Origin: Candidatus Kaiserbacteria bacterium
Lineage (GTDB): Bacteria; Patescibacteriota; Minisyncoccia; Phycocordibacterales; UBA918
Assembly: GCA_031430855.1 (NCBI GenBank)
Contig: JANPCG010000015.1
Coordinates: forward strand, 641-64,640
Direction: 5' to 3'
Length of the DNA stretch: 64,000 nt
This document shows, piece after piece, positions 10,774-19,723 of this stretch (positions within the stretch are counted from its first letter, which is position 1; each line of letters begins with the position of its first letter). The translations under genes and the position numbers were made by a program. Under the pieces are notes generated by a model. The model was not told the origin of the DNA and did no database searches. It worked only from the letters and a program-made list of their open reading frames with translations.

Positions 10774-10849
10774 ACCCAATAAGTATAACAAGGTAGATGC
10801 TATAAAATTGATACAGCGTGTATAACATGTGCTTAACGTGGGGAATACG

Positions 10850-11725
10850 TTAGATGATTGGTTGGGGAAAACGTTGGGGATAGGTGGAGAGGTCTTTAAA
10901 AAGAATCAACCATTTTTCTAAAGGCACTACTTCAGCCCGTACATCAAGCAGTAGATTATTTTTTTGAAAAAGGTCTTGCAGGTACCTTCGATCGTATTGA
11001 TGACTTAGGTTAGAGAGTAATTGTTTCCGTTTTTGTCCAAAGCCGAGGTGTAAAAGGTTGAAAAATATAGCCATTTCGTCTAAATCAGTAAAATGTGTTC
11101 GATTGATGTGGCTAACCTGGAGAATGGCTGAGTCAACCTTTGGGACCGGATTAAAGTGTCCTCGACCAACCGTTTTAAGGTACCGGGGTATTCCAAAAAC
11201 TTTTACCGATAAAGAAAGGAGTGATTCTTTAGGGTCGCGAGCGATTCGCTCCACGACTTCTTTTTGCATTAAAAATACTAGTGTTGTTGGTTGAACTGGT
11301 CCTTCTAAGAGGGTACGCAAAAGATATCCAGAGAGGTAGTACGGAATGTTAGCCACTACTTTAAAGGAGTGGTCGACTAATCCTAGGATGGACATATTCA
11401 GTTCGCGGGCATCCCCGTGGTGAAGCATGAGTTTGGATGATGCAATTTCTTCCGTAAATTCAGTCTCTAATATAGTAATTACCCGCACATCAGCTTCGAC
11501 CGCAATCACTCGCGCGCCTGTTGCTAAAAGGGCTCGGGTGAGTGCACCGGTACCGGGGCCAATTTCTAGTATGGTATCGTCCGCCGTAACCTCTCCTGCG
11601 GCCACGAGCCACCCAGGGACAATAGCACTCGTGAGGAAGTTTTGTCCAAGAGACTTTTTATGTTGAAATCGTTCAGTTGACTCATTGGTGTCAGACTGCC
11701 TTCCTGCTCTGTGTCGTGGCTTCAT
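10850..11725 (-). CDS. rsmA: 16S rRNA dimethyltransferase RsmA/KsgA
   Basis: KKSLGQNFL, LEIGPGTGALT, VANIPYY, PVPKVDS. Confidence 0.95.
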   Translation of the reverse strand: MKPRHRAGRQSDTNESTERFQHKKSLGQNFLTSAIVPGWLVAAGEVTADDTILEIGPGTGALTRALLATGARVIAVEADVRVITILETEFTEEIASSKLMLHHGDARELNMSILGLVDHSFKVVANIPYYLSGYLLRTLLEGPVQPTTLVFLMQKEVVERIARDPKESLLSLSVKVFGIPRYLKTVGRGHFNPVPKVDSAILQVSHINRTHFTDLDEMAIFFNLLHLGFGQKRKQLLSNLSHQYDRRYLQDLFQKNNLLLDVRAEVVPLEKWLILFKDLSTYPQRFPQPII

Positions 11726-11773
11726 GCATCGAGCATACCTATATATGTATGTGGGCGCAAGCAAGGTTGATTG

Positions 11774-13735
11774 TTAGTCTAGAAAAATAGTTGTTTCGTA
11801 GCCAGAACTGGTATTTCCCCATCCCTTTGGATTACTGCTCTCAATATAATCAGTACTAATGTCATTTAAAAAGGATGACGGCACATTCACTCGCTGACTG
11901 CCGTAAATAGTACGCATGTGCGCGTAGGTAAGGTACACCTTTTTCTCAGCTCTCGTGAGGGCCACATAAAACAGTCGGCGCTCCTCTTCGTGGTCAATTC
12001 CCGCATCATCAAGTCGTTCATGAGGAAACAGACCTTGCTCCAATCCACAAATGAATACATACGGAAACTCAAGACCTTTCGCTGAGTGTACCGTCATTAA
12101 ACGGACAGCGTCTTGTTCTTCTTTGGCTTTTAGTTCATCTTGATCACTTTGCAGTGCTGCATTCTCGAGGAGAGCCTCGACCGCGGCTTCTGGCTCGAGC
12201 TCGTCATAACGAATTGCCAAGGTGACTAATTCCCGCAAATTCTCCAATCGTGACAGATCATCTTCGGTGCCATTTTTTTTCAACTCAGTTTCTATTCCGG
12301 TTCGTTTAATAATAAATTTAAGGGTCTCGGAGAGCGGTTTGGTCCGTGCTTCATCAGCAATATCCATCATGATTTGATCAAATCGCTCAACTTTCTCAAG
12401 GGTTGCCCCTTTCAGTTCGCCCCGCTTCCCTTCCATAACTTTAAGCATCGTAACTTTCCCAATACCGCGCACTGGCTCATTGATAACTCGAGCGAGGTCA
12501 GCCGTACTGCCGGGATTTAAAGCGAGACGCAAATACGAAAGAACATCCTTTACCTCTTTTCGTTCAAAGAATTTGGTGCCCAATAATTGGTACGGTACAT
12601 TAAAGTTAAGAAACGCTTCTTCTAAAACTCGTGATTGAAAGTTCGTTCGATATAAGACGGCAATCGCGGACGGGGCGATGCCGGTAGCGACTAGTTTCTG
12701 TGCTGTGTGGGCAATGTATTCCGCTTCATCAATCCCGGTCATTGCAGCGTAGAGACTTATTTTTTCTCCTTCACTATTGGTAGTAAACACCTCCTTCGCG
12801 ACCCGGTTTTTATTTTTTTCTATCACATCATTAGACGCTCCGATGATATTTTTGGTTGAACGATAGTTTTCTTCGAGGAGAATCGTTTTGGTGGTTGGAA
12901 AATAACGTTCAAACTGTAAAACATTTTTAATATCTGCCCCCCGCCAGGAATAGATATTTTGATCAATATCTCCTACGACACAGAGGTTGTGTTTGGTTCC
13001 GGCGAGGAGTTGGGCAATCTCAAACTGCACCCGGTTTGTATCCTGGTACTCATCAATGTGAATATATTGAAATCGCCGCTGCAGTGTTTCGCGAATATGT
13101 GGGTAATTCTCCAGCAGTCGTAACGTTTTAATAAGGAGGTCATCAAAATCAAGTGCATGCTCTACTTTCATAATCTCTTCATAGGTAGCCCATACTTCAG
13201 CTGTCACCCGATCAGGGTATGATGAAGCGGCTTCTTTAAAGGCGGCAGGGGTTTTGGCATCACCCTTAGCGCGTGAGATTTTCCCAATAATTTTTCGTGG
13301 TTCAAATTCTTTGGGGTTATACCCACCGCGCTCCAGGGCAGTTTTTATCGCTCGAATGCTATCCGCACGGTCATAAATGGTAAAGTGCCGACGGAGTCCA
13401 AGGGTTTCGTGATGTTCACGCAAAATCCGTACCCCGAGCGCGTGAAAAGTAGTAACGGTCGGCAGAGAATCAAGCGCAGCTCGATTCGTCGGAGGAAACT
13501 CACGAATTAACTTTTCGACCCGTTCACGCATTTCTTTAGCTGCTTTATTCGTGAATGTCACCGCTAAAATATTGTGTGGGGCTACCCCCTCGTGAATTAA
13601 ATGGACAATCCGATGAGTAATAACACGGGTTTTTCCAGAACCGGCTCCGGCGAGAATAAGCAAAGGTCCTTCCGTGTAGAGGACGGCTTCTTTTTGGGGA
13701 GGATTTAGTCCTTGGAGGTATATTCGATCATTCAT
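11774..13735 (-). CDS. pcrA: UvrD/PcrA DNA helicase
   Basis: AGAGSGKT, DEYQDTN, ENYRST, TVHSAKGLEF, YVALTRA. Confidence 0.95.
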   Translation of the reverse strand: MNDRIYLQGLNPPQKEAVLYTEGPLLILAGAGSGKTRVITHRIVHLIHEGVAPHNILAVTFTNKAAKEMRERVEKLIREFPPTNRAALDSLPTVTTFHALGVRILREHHETLGLRRHFTIYDRADSIRAIKTALERGGYNPKEFEPRKIIGKISRAKGDAKTPAAFKEAASSYPDRVTAEVWATYEEIMKVEHALDFDDLLIKTLRLLENYPHIRETLQRRFQYIHIDEYQDTNRVQFEIAQLLAGTKHNLCVVGDIDQNIYSWRGADIKNVLQFERYFPTTKTILLEENYRSTKNIIGASNDVIEKNKNRVAKEVFTTNSEGEKISLYAAMTGIDEAEYIAHTAQKLVATGIAPSAIAVLYRTNFQSRVLEEAFLNFNVPYQLLGTKFFERKEVKDVLSYLRLALNPGSTADLARVINEPVRGIGKVTMLKVMEGKRGELKGATLEKVERFDQIMMDIADEARTKPLSETLKFIIKRTGIETELKKNGTEDDLSRLENLRELVTLAIRYDELEPEAAVEALLENAALQSDQDELKAKEEQDAVRLMTVHSAKGLEFPYVFICGLEQGLFPHERLDDAGIDHEEERRLFYVALTRAEKKVYLTYAHMRTIYGSQRVNVPSSFLNDISTDYIESSNPKGWGNTSSGYETTIFLD

Positions 13736-13967
13736 GTCGCCGACTACTATACCATAGTGTCTGATAAATTTATGAAACGCATTTAATAAAAAGTCAATGT
13801 AATAAAAAACGGCCTACCCTAGGGTTCATTTTGGAGGTATCGACGCCAAAACGTTAAAAGTGCACTTCGTCAATTGTACTCTCGCGACAGTCTAGTAGAA
13901 TTGTCGACATACCAATGGTGGTATGAAAAAGCGAACTTCGCTTTTTTATTTCTGAAAATTTTCTGTA

Positions 13968-15083
13968 ATGGTTGTACTGCGGCGTGTCCATAACTCATTT
14001 CATATTCAACCTCAATCAAAAAATTCTGACGTAACCTATACTAAGAGTCCTCTGCGACAGAACCCATATACGGCAACCCACTATACGCTTGAGCTAGTTT
14101 TATTAGTGCTTGCTATTGTTGTTCCGTTCTCTGTGCAGGCCGGTGTTTTTCAAAATATCATGAGTAATGATAGAGGTGAGGTTGTTGTAGAAACAGCTCT
14201 TCTGTCTGATTTACCAGTTGATGCTCCCGTTTTGGTAGCGGCGGCAAATCCTGATCCAAACAATGCTCGTGGTGGGGCTGAGGTAACTGCCCAAGATGGT
14301 GTCCTCATTTCTACCGGTCCCGTTGGTAAAGATATAATTTCAGCTGCCCGAAGTAATAGTGGAGAGATTAGTGTCTACACCGTACGACCAGGTGATTCCC
14401 TTTCGCAAATTGCTGAAATGTTTGATGTTACCTCTAACACTATCCTCTGGGCTAATGACCTCCCCCGCGCCTCAGCGATTAAGCCCGGCGATGCACTCGT
14501 AATCTTGCCTGTTGCGGGAGTGCGGCATGTTGTTCGCTCGGGTGATTCGATTGCGGTTATTGCAAAAAAATACGAAGGCAATGCTGAAGAAATCATTTCC
14601 TATAATCAGCTTGATAACGAAAGTGATTTACGTGTCGGTGAGACCTTGGTGATTCCGGGAGGAGCGATTCATACCTCGCCCGTAAAAGCTCAGTCGAAAG
14701 CTGCACCAACCAAGTCATCAGGTTCAGTCGGAGGAGCGATTGGTTCCTTTATAAATCCGGTGCCAGGCGCTATCAAGACCCAAGGACTTCATGGCTACAA
14801 CGCCGTAGATTTTGGTGGAGCGATTGGCAGTCCTATTAGAGCTGCGCAGAGTGGAGTGGTCCTGGTGGCCAAAAGTGGTGGTTGGAATGGCGGGTATGGA
14901 AACTATATCGTTATCAAACATAAGAACGGTACGCAGACACTCTACGCACACCTTTCTCGAGTTGATGTAGGCGTGGGAGCTACGGTCGCTCAGGGTACTA
15001 CTATCGGCGCTCTCGGAAATACGGGCAAGTCGACGGGGCCACATCTACACTTTGAAGTTCGAGGCGGAAAGAATCCATTTTAG
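13968..15083 (+). CDS. LysM-domain M23 family peptidase
   Basis: Two LysM repeats; HxxxD (HGYNAVD) and TGPHLHFEVR. Confidence 0.92.
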   Translation: MVVLRRVHNSFHIQPQSKNSDVTYTKSPLRQNPYTATHYTLELVLLVLAIVVPFSVQAGVFQNIMSNDRGEVVVETALLSDLPVDAPVLVAAANPDPNNARGGAEVTAQDGVLISTGPVGKDIISAARSNSGEISVYTVRPGDSLSQIAEMFDVTSNTILWANDLPRASAIKPGDALVILPVAGVRHVVRSGDSIAVIAKKYEGNAEEIISYNQLDNESDLRVGETLVIPGGAIHTSPVKAQSKAAPTKSSGSVGGAIGSFINPVPGAIKTQGLHGYNAVDFGGAIGSPIRAAQSGVVLVAKSGGWNGGYGNYIVIKHKNGTQTLYAHLSRVDVGVGATVAQGTTIGALGNTGKSTGPHLHFEVRGGKNPF

Positions 15084-15210
15084 GTGAAACGTCCAAAACG
15101 GACGAATCTCTGCGTTAGATAGTAAAAAATGACAGTCAACGTACATGCGTACGCCTCCTGTCATTTTTTACTATCTGCCTTGACCTTCATTCCTTTTTGA
15201 ACGTTTCGCA
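15083..15210. repeat. Long imperfect intergenic inverted repeat (REP-like)
   Basis: agatagtaaaaaatgacag...ctgtcattttttactatct inner arms, plus gtgaaacgtccaaaa/tttttgaacgtttcgc outer arms. Confidence 0.75.
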
Positions 15211-15919
15211 ACTTCATGCGTATGTATCGTTGATCATCTTATGTGATGGTAAACTTATGCAAGTGAAATACCTAAGAACTACTTTTTCATTTTTTTGGAG
15301 CGCGCAAATTTATTTACTTGTGGGAGGATTTTTATTTTGGTTCCCAGATGATATAAATTCTTTATTTGGGTATCTTGCCAGTTTCGTATTTACTTCACTC
15401 GGTGCGTGTTTAGTAGTGCTCTCATTTAGAAGTACGTTGCGCCCCGTGGAGTTGTTACTCCCGCTGATACTTTTTTCGGGAATCACCTACTTATTTATTA
15501 AGTATTTTTACATGTCTGAGCGCACAGAAATGTTTGTTCTCGGAATGTATTCTATGGGTTTCACTATGGTAGAAACAGGACGGTTTCTTTATAACAATAG
15601 TAGTATTTCCGATAAACTACATGTCTTCCCTCTCAGTAGCCATTTAGTGGCTAGTACCCTTTCATTAGGAGTTTGGTTTTTTAGTGTTGACTTTTTGCCA
15701 TGGCAGTCGGAAGTTACAATACTAAAAAGTATATTGATTACCTATATTTTGATTGGTGTTAGTATCGTTTTCCTCCAAACATGCGAAAAATATCATGTTA
15801 TATCAATACAAACACTTAAAAAACTTTTCACCTATATTTTTGTATCCGTATTCATTATAACGACCATAAGCCTCTTTTCTTCTTTTGTAGTATTTGAACT
15901 CTCAAATACTAAATTTTAA
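15197..15919 (+). CDS. AT-rich polytopic membrane protein; start uncertain
   Basis: About 7 hydrophobic segments; overlaps the comM 3' end convergently. Confidence 0.6.
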   Translation: MNVSQLHAYVSLIILCDGKLMQVKYLRTTFSFFWSAQIYLLVGGFLFWFPDDINSLFGYLASFVFTSLGACLVVLSFRSTLRPVELLLPLILFSGITYLFIKYFYMSERTEMFVLGMYSMGFTMVETGRFLYNNSSISDKLHVFPLSSHLVASTLSLGVWFFSVDFLPWQSEVTILKSILITYILIGVSIVFLQTCEKYHVISIQTLKKLFTYIFVSVFIITTISLFSSFVVFELSNTKF

Positions 15920-17426
15920 CCCGATATTGAAGCGCCTCCAAAACATGTGTGATTCCTATTTGCTCTGATTGATCGAGGTCAGCAATCGTCCGAGCGACCT
16001 TGATAACTCGATGGTAACTGCGCGGAGAGAGTCTTAATTTTTGTGATGATTGCTTGAGGAGGTCTTTTACTTCAGGCGAAAGTACGATGATGTCATCAAT
16101 ATCACGAGCGGTCATGCTTGCGTTCGTGCTAATCCCCCGCCCATGCAGTCGCTCGTGTTGTGTGGCTCGTGCTTGTGCAATAACGGTGCGGGCCATTTCT
16201 GTCTCGCGTTCGTTTCGATTGACATTGACGAGTGTTTCGTATGCAACATGGGGAACCTCAATCCATAAATCAATCCGATCAAGGATTGGTCCTGAAATTT
16301 TTCCTTTATATGTTTCTTGCATTGCTCTAGCTAAATCAGTTGTTCCGTCATAGTTACCTCGATAGGGATTCATTGCGGCAATTAAAATAAAGTCAGCTGG
16401 AAATTGAGCAGTCCCTTGCACTCGAGCAATGCTCACGACGCGATCTTCAAGCGGTTGTCTGAGAGCATCAAGTGCCCGTCTATCAAATTCGGGAAATTCA
16501 TCCATAAAGAGAACTCCTTTATGGGCTAAAGTAACCTCTCCTGGTTTCGGGTTTGTACCACCGCCAACGAGTGCCGTGTATGACGCTGTATGGTGAGGAG
16601 TCCGAAATGGTGGTGCCGTAGTGATGACACTTTCATTATTTCCTACGAGTGAATGGATTGCTGAAACCGACAGTGCGTCGTCGCGCGTAAGGGGTGGGAG
16701 GATTCCTTGAAAAGCGCGAGCCAGCATGGTTTTCCCTGTTCCAGGCGGTCCCACTAAAAGTACATTGTGTCTTCCGGCAGCGGCAATGATGAGTGCCCGT
16801 TTTGCACTCTCTTGTCCTTTGATATCTTCCAGCTTAGTCTTTGAGTCGTGCCAATCATTTTCGATGGTAGTAATTTTTTGAACAGGAAGCGGTGCGTGTT
16901 GTGGGTTTTGTGGATCAATATGACGAATGATTGCTGTTAAATTTGTTGCTGAAATAATATTGATACCTTCGATTAAGGCTGCTTCTTTCGCATTTTCTTT
17001 CGGGACGATAACTTCAGTAAAGCCAGCTTCTTTCGCTGCAACTACAGCTGCTAAAACTCCGCGGACCGGACGAAGGGTGCCGTCGAGCGCCAGTTCGCCT
17101 ACGTAAATCCTCCGGGTTTTGTCGACGGTAATACACTCAGCAGCCAACAGATAGGCAATTGCAATTGGGACATCAAAGAGCGGTCCCTCTTTTTTGAGGT
17201 CGCTTGGTGCTAATGAAATGACTATTTTATAGTTCTGACTTTTAGGTGATTCAAATCCAGAGTACTTGATGGCAGCACTCACCCGGTCTTTAGCTTCGAG
17301 GGTAGCTTTGCCCGCGAGCCCGACAATGGAAAATGAATGCAGACCCCGCGAGAGGTCTGCTTCAATACTGACTATAGTGCCGGAGAGAACATGAGGTTGG
17401 ACAGTGTAGATTTGAGTAACGCTCAT
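15909..17426 (-). CDS. comM: ComM/YifB Mg-chelatase-like AAA+ ATPase
   Basis: DLKKEGPLFDVPIA, GPPGTGKT, PFRTPHH, LDRIDL, ARTIADL. Confidence 0.93.
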   Translation of the reverse strand: MSVTQIYTVQPHVLSGTIVSIEADLSRGLHSFSIVGLAGKATLEAKDRVSAAIKYSGFESPKSQNYKIVISLAPSDLKKEGPLFDVPIAIAYLLAAECITVDKTRRIYVGELALDGTLRPVRGVLAAVVAAKEAGFTEVIVPKENAKEAALIEGINIISATNLTAIIRHIDPQNPQHAPLPVQKITTIENDWHDSKTKLEDIKGQESAKRALIIAAAGRHNVLLVGPPGTGKTMLARAFQGILPPLTRDDALSVSAIHSLVGNNESVITTAPPFRTPHHTASYTALVGGGTNPKPGEVTLAHKGVLFMDEFPEFDRRALDALRQPLEDRVVSIARVQGTAQFPADFILIAAMNPYRGNYDGTTDLARAMQETYKGKISGPILDRIDLWIEVPHVAYETLVNVNRNERETEMARTVIAQARATQHERLHGRGISTNASMTARDIDDIIVLSPEVKDLLKQSSQKLRLSPRSYHRVIKVARTIADLDQSEQIGITHVLEALQYRVKI

Positions 17427-17440
17427 GATAGGTGCCGATA

Positions 17441-17815
17441 TTAAAGGTGTACGCGGTACTCTTCTTCCCGGTGCAAAATACACGTCCGGGCGGCAGGGTT
17501 TATCTGCAGGCGCTCTGTTTCGATTACGTTTGTACATACTTCGCAGGTACCAAAGGTTCCGGTTTTTATTTTATCAAGAGCGTGAACAATCGCGTGGTAT
17601 CGGTTTTCTAACTCAGCTAATATACTGACTCGTTCATCAGCCTCTTCCGCAGCATCTGCCAATAGGTCAGTATCAGCTTCAGGGTTGGCTGTATCCGCAG
17701 TCGACACTTCCCAATCATCAGTTTTGGGGTTACGCACAGCAATTTCTCGTAATTCATTTTCAATTTCAAATAGCATGGCGTCTAACTTTTTTCGTTGTTC
17801 AGGTAATTGTTCCAT
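17441..17815 (-). CDS. DksA/TraR family zinc-finger protein
   Basis: Acidic coiled coil plus GTFGTCEVC...ERL...P.ARTC..H. Confidence 0.85.
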   Translation of the reverse strand: MEQLPEQRKKLDAMLFEIENELREIAVRNPKTDDWEVSTADTANPEADTDLLADAAEEADERVSILAELENRYHAIVHALDKIKTGTFGTCEVCTNVIETERLQINPAARTCILHREEEYRVHL

Positions 17816-17846
17816 AATTATATTCTATCACGTGAAAGAACCATTG

Positions 17847-19622
17847 CTATTCTGGGAGGTTTTGTTGCAGGTTGAGAAAGGCGTTTTCACTCGTAGTAAT
17901 AACGATAATATTAGGACGAATAAATCCGTATACGATGACTATCGCACCGCTCGCGTTTCGAAGGACACGAACATCAGTCGACGCAATAGATTCATCACGA
18001 AAAGCGCTTGTTTCAATATTGGTGCCAAACCACGAAATCAAATCTTGATTCATTCGTTTTTCCCAATTAAGCATACCGCCGAGAGCCGTTGCTTCATTGA
18101 CTACTAAGAGCGCAAGGAAAGGTTCATTGCGGTAAGCTCCTGGAGTTACTACATTTATCGCTGCGGTAAAGGCAATTGATTCATCAATTTCTAGTTGCGT
18201 AAAGAACTCGGTCGGTGTGATCAAGTTGGTGGTGCTTGCGGCAAAGAGTTCTAGTTCGAGTAATGGCTCTGAAGACTGTGTCGTTTCGCGTAGTCGTTTC
18301 ATTATTTCTTCGCGGGTCAATCCAGAAATGGATAACTGCTGTTGAACACTGGTGGCAAAAAGTGGCGCCCGTACGGCTGGTCCATCTGTGGCATTAGGGA
18401 ATAAGATTGGAGTTACCATATTTACTGTACCCCACAACATAAGTAATCCAATCATAACGACAGCTCCCCCGAGTACAATTCGATTTGTATCAGCAAACCA
18501 AGATTCGAGAGTTGGATTTGTTTTTACTACTTTAGGTATGGTTGGAATAATAGCAGGGGTCCGTGGTTCTGGTGCTGCTTGGGGGGTAACAACCGGTACT
18601 ACAATTGGTTGGGGCATTGTAGGAATGGCTACAACTATTTCTACCTGGGGCACTGGTACGGATGGTAAAACTGCGGGTAGAACCGGAGTTGGGGGAGGGG
18701 TGTGTGGTTGCGGGTTAGGTTCAATATGAACAGGTACGGTTGAAATATGCGCTGCCGGTAGAATCGGTTCTTTGATGATTTCCGGGGTGCTGTGTGCATG
18801 GTTCCTTTCGGGGATTTGGTAGGCATGCGCGACTACTGATTTCGTCGGTACGCTCGGGAAAGATATAGGAGTGTGTGATTCTTCTTTGTGTGTGGTAGAA
18901 GATTCACCCTCCCAGCTCGGTGCGGTTGATTTTGGTTCTATTACTGCAGGTACTGCTGTTGCAACTGCAGGATTCTTTTTATTGTGACGCAGTCGTTCCA
19001 ATACTTGGGCATGGTCTGCCACTGAGGCTCGCCCAGTCAGTGAGGTAGCTTTCTGAATCACTCCTTTACGCCTGTCGGCTTGGGGAACTGAATACTTTGG
19101 TTTCTTTTTTCCGGTTACAATATCTTTTTTATCTTCAAACCACGACGTAATTTTTTTAGTAATGGAACTTCCAAGAGAAAACTGTCGGTATTTGGTATCT
19201 GTGATAATAGTAGCTGTTTGTGATTCCTTCTCCGCGTCTCCAACTAATACACCATGAGAAGGTGTCGTGAGTATTGATGTGCGCTGCTTACTTGCAATAG
19301 CGGTTAGTACCGCCGCATCGATAATGGGACCTTCTTCTTTAATGTGCACAATGGGTGCTTTTCGCGGTCCGGGTTTTTGAAACGCATGAAATGGAGGAAT
19401 TTGAGTAGATGGTGCGTTACTCGTAAGTGGTTTTGATTTTTCTTCAGGCATTGGCTGTTCAGCTTTGAGCGGCATCTTTTTTTCAGTAACAGCTTTGGCC
19501 GCTACTTTTGCTATAACTTTAGATTTTGCACTGACGGCAGGGGTTGGTTGATTGGCAGCTAAATCAGCCGCAAAGGTCCGCACTGCAAATGCCTTTTTTT
19601 GATCCTTTGAGGAGTCACTCAT
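17847..19622 (-). CDS. Pro-rich single-pass membrane protein
   Basis: Long Pro/Lys-rich N-terminus, one TM helix, C-terminal globular domain. Confidence 0.75.
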   Translation of the reverse strand: MSDSSKDQKKAFAVRTFAADLAANQPTPAVSAKSKVIAKVAAKAVTEKKMPLKAEQPMPEEKSKPLTSNAPSTQIPPFHAFQKPGPRKAPIVHIKEEGPIIDAAVLTAIASKQRTSILTTPSHGVLVGDAEKESQTATIITDTKYRQFSLGSSITKKITSWFEDKKDIVTGKKKPKYSVPQADRRKGVIQKATSLTGRASVADHAQVLERLRHNKKNPAVATAVPAVIEPKSTAPSWEGESSTTHKEESHTPISFPSVPTKSVVAHAYQIPERNHAHSTPEIIKEPILPAAHISTVPVHIEPNPQPHTPPPTPVLPAVLPSVPVPQVEIVVAIPTMPQPIVVPVVTPQAAPEPRTPAIIPTIPKVVKTNPTLESWFADTNRIVLGGAVVMIGLLMLWGTVNMVTPILFPNATDGPAVRAPLFATSVQQQLSISGLTREEIMKRLRETTQSSEPLLELELFAASTTNLITPTEFFTQLEIDESIAFTAAINVVTPGAYRNEPFLALLVVNEATALGGMLNWEKRMNQDLISWFGTNIETSAFRDESIASTDVRVLRNASGAIVIVYGFIRPNIIVITTSENAFLNLQQNLPE

Positions 19623-19723
19623 ATCTACTAGTATCTCATGTTTTTATTCTTTTTTGGCGTGTGGTTGGGTATGGTAAAAAACAGCAACCCCGTTAGGGGT
19701 CGCTAGTATTTATCGTCTCTCTA

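Noticed and set aside
17824-17840. Isolated parS-like ctatcacgtgaaag
   Set aside because: Poor flanks, isolated, and overlapping a -10 element
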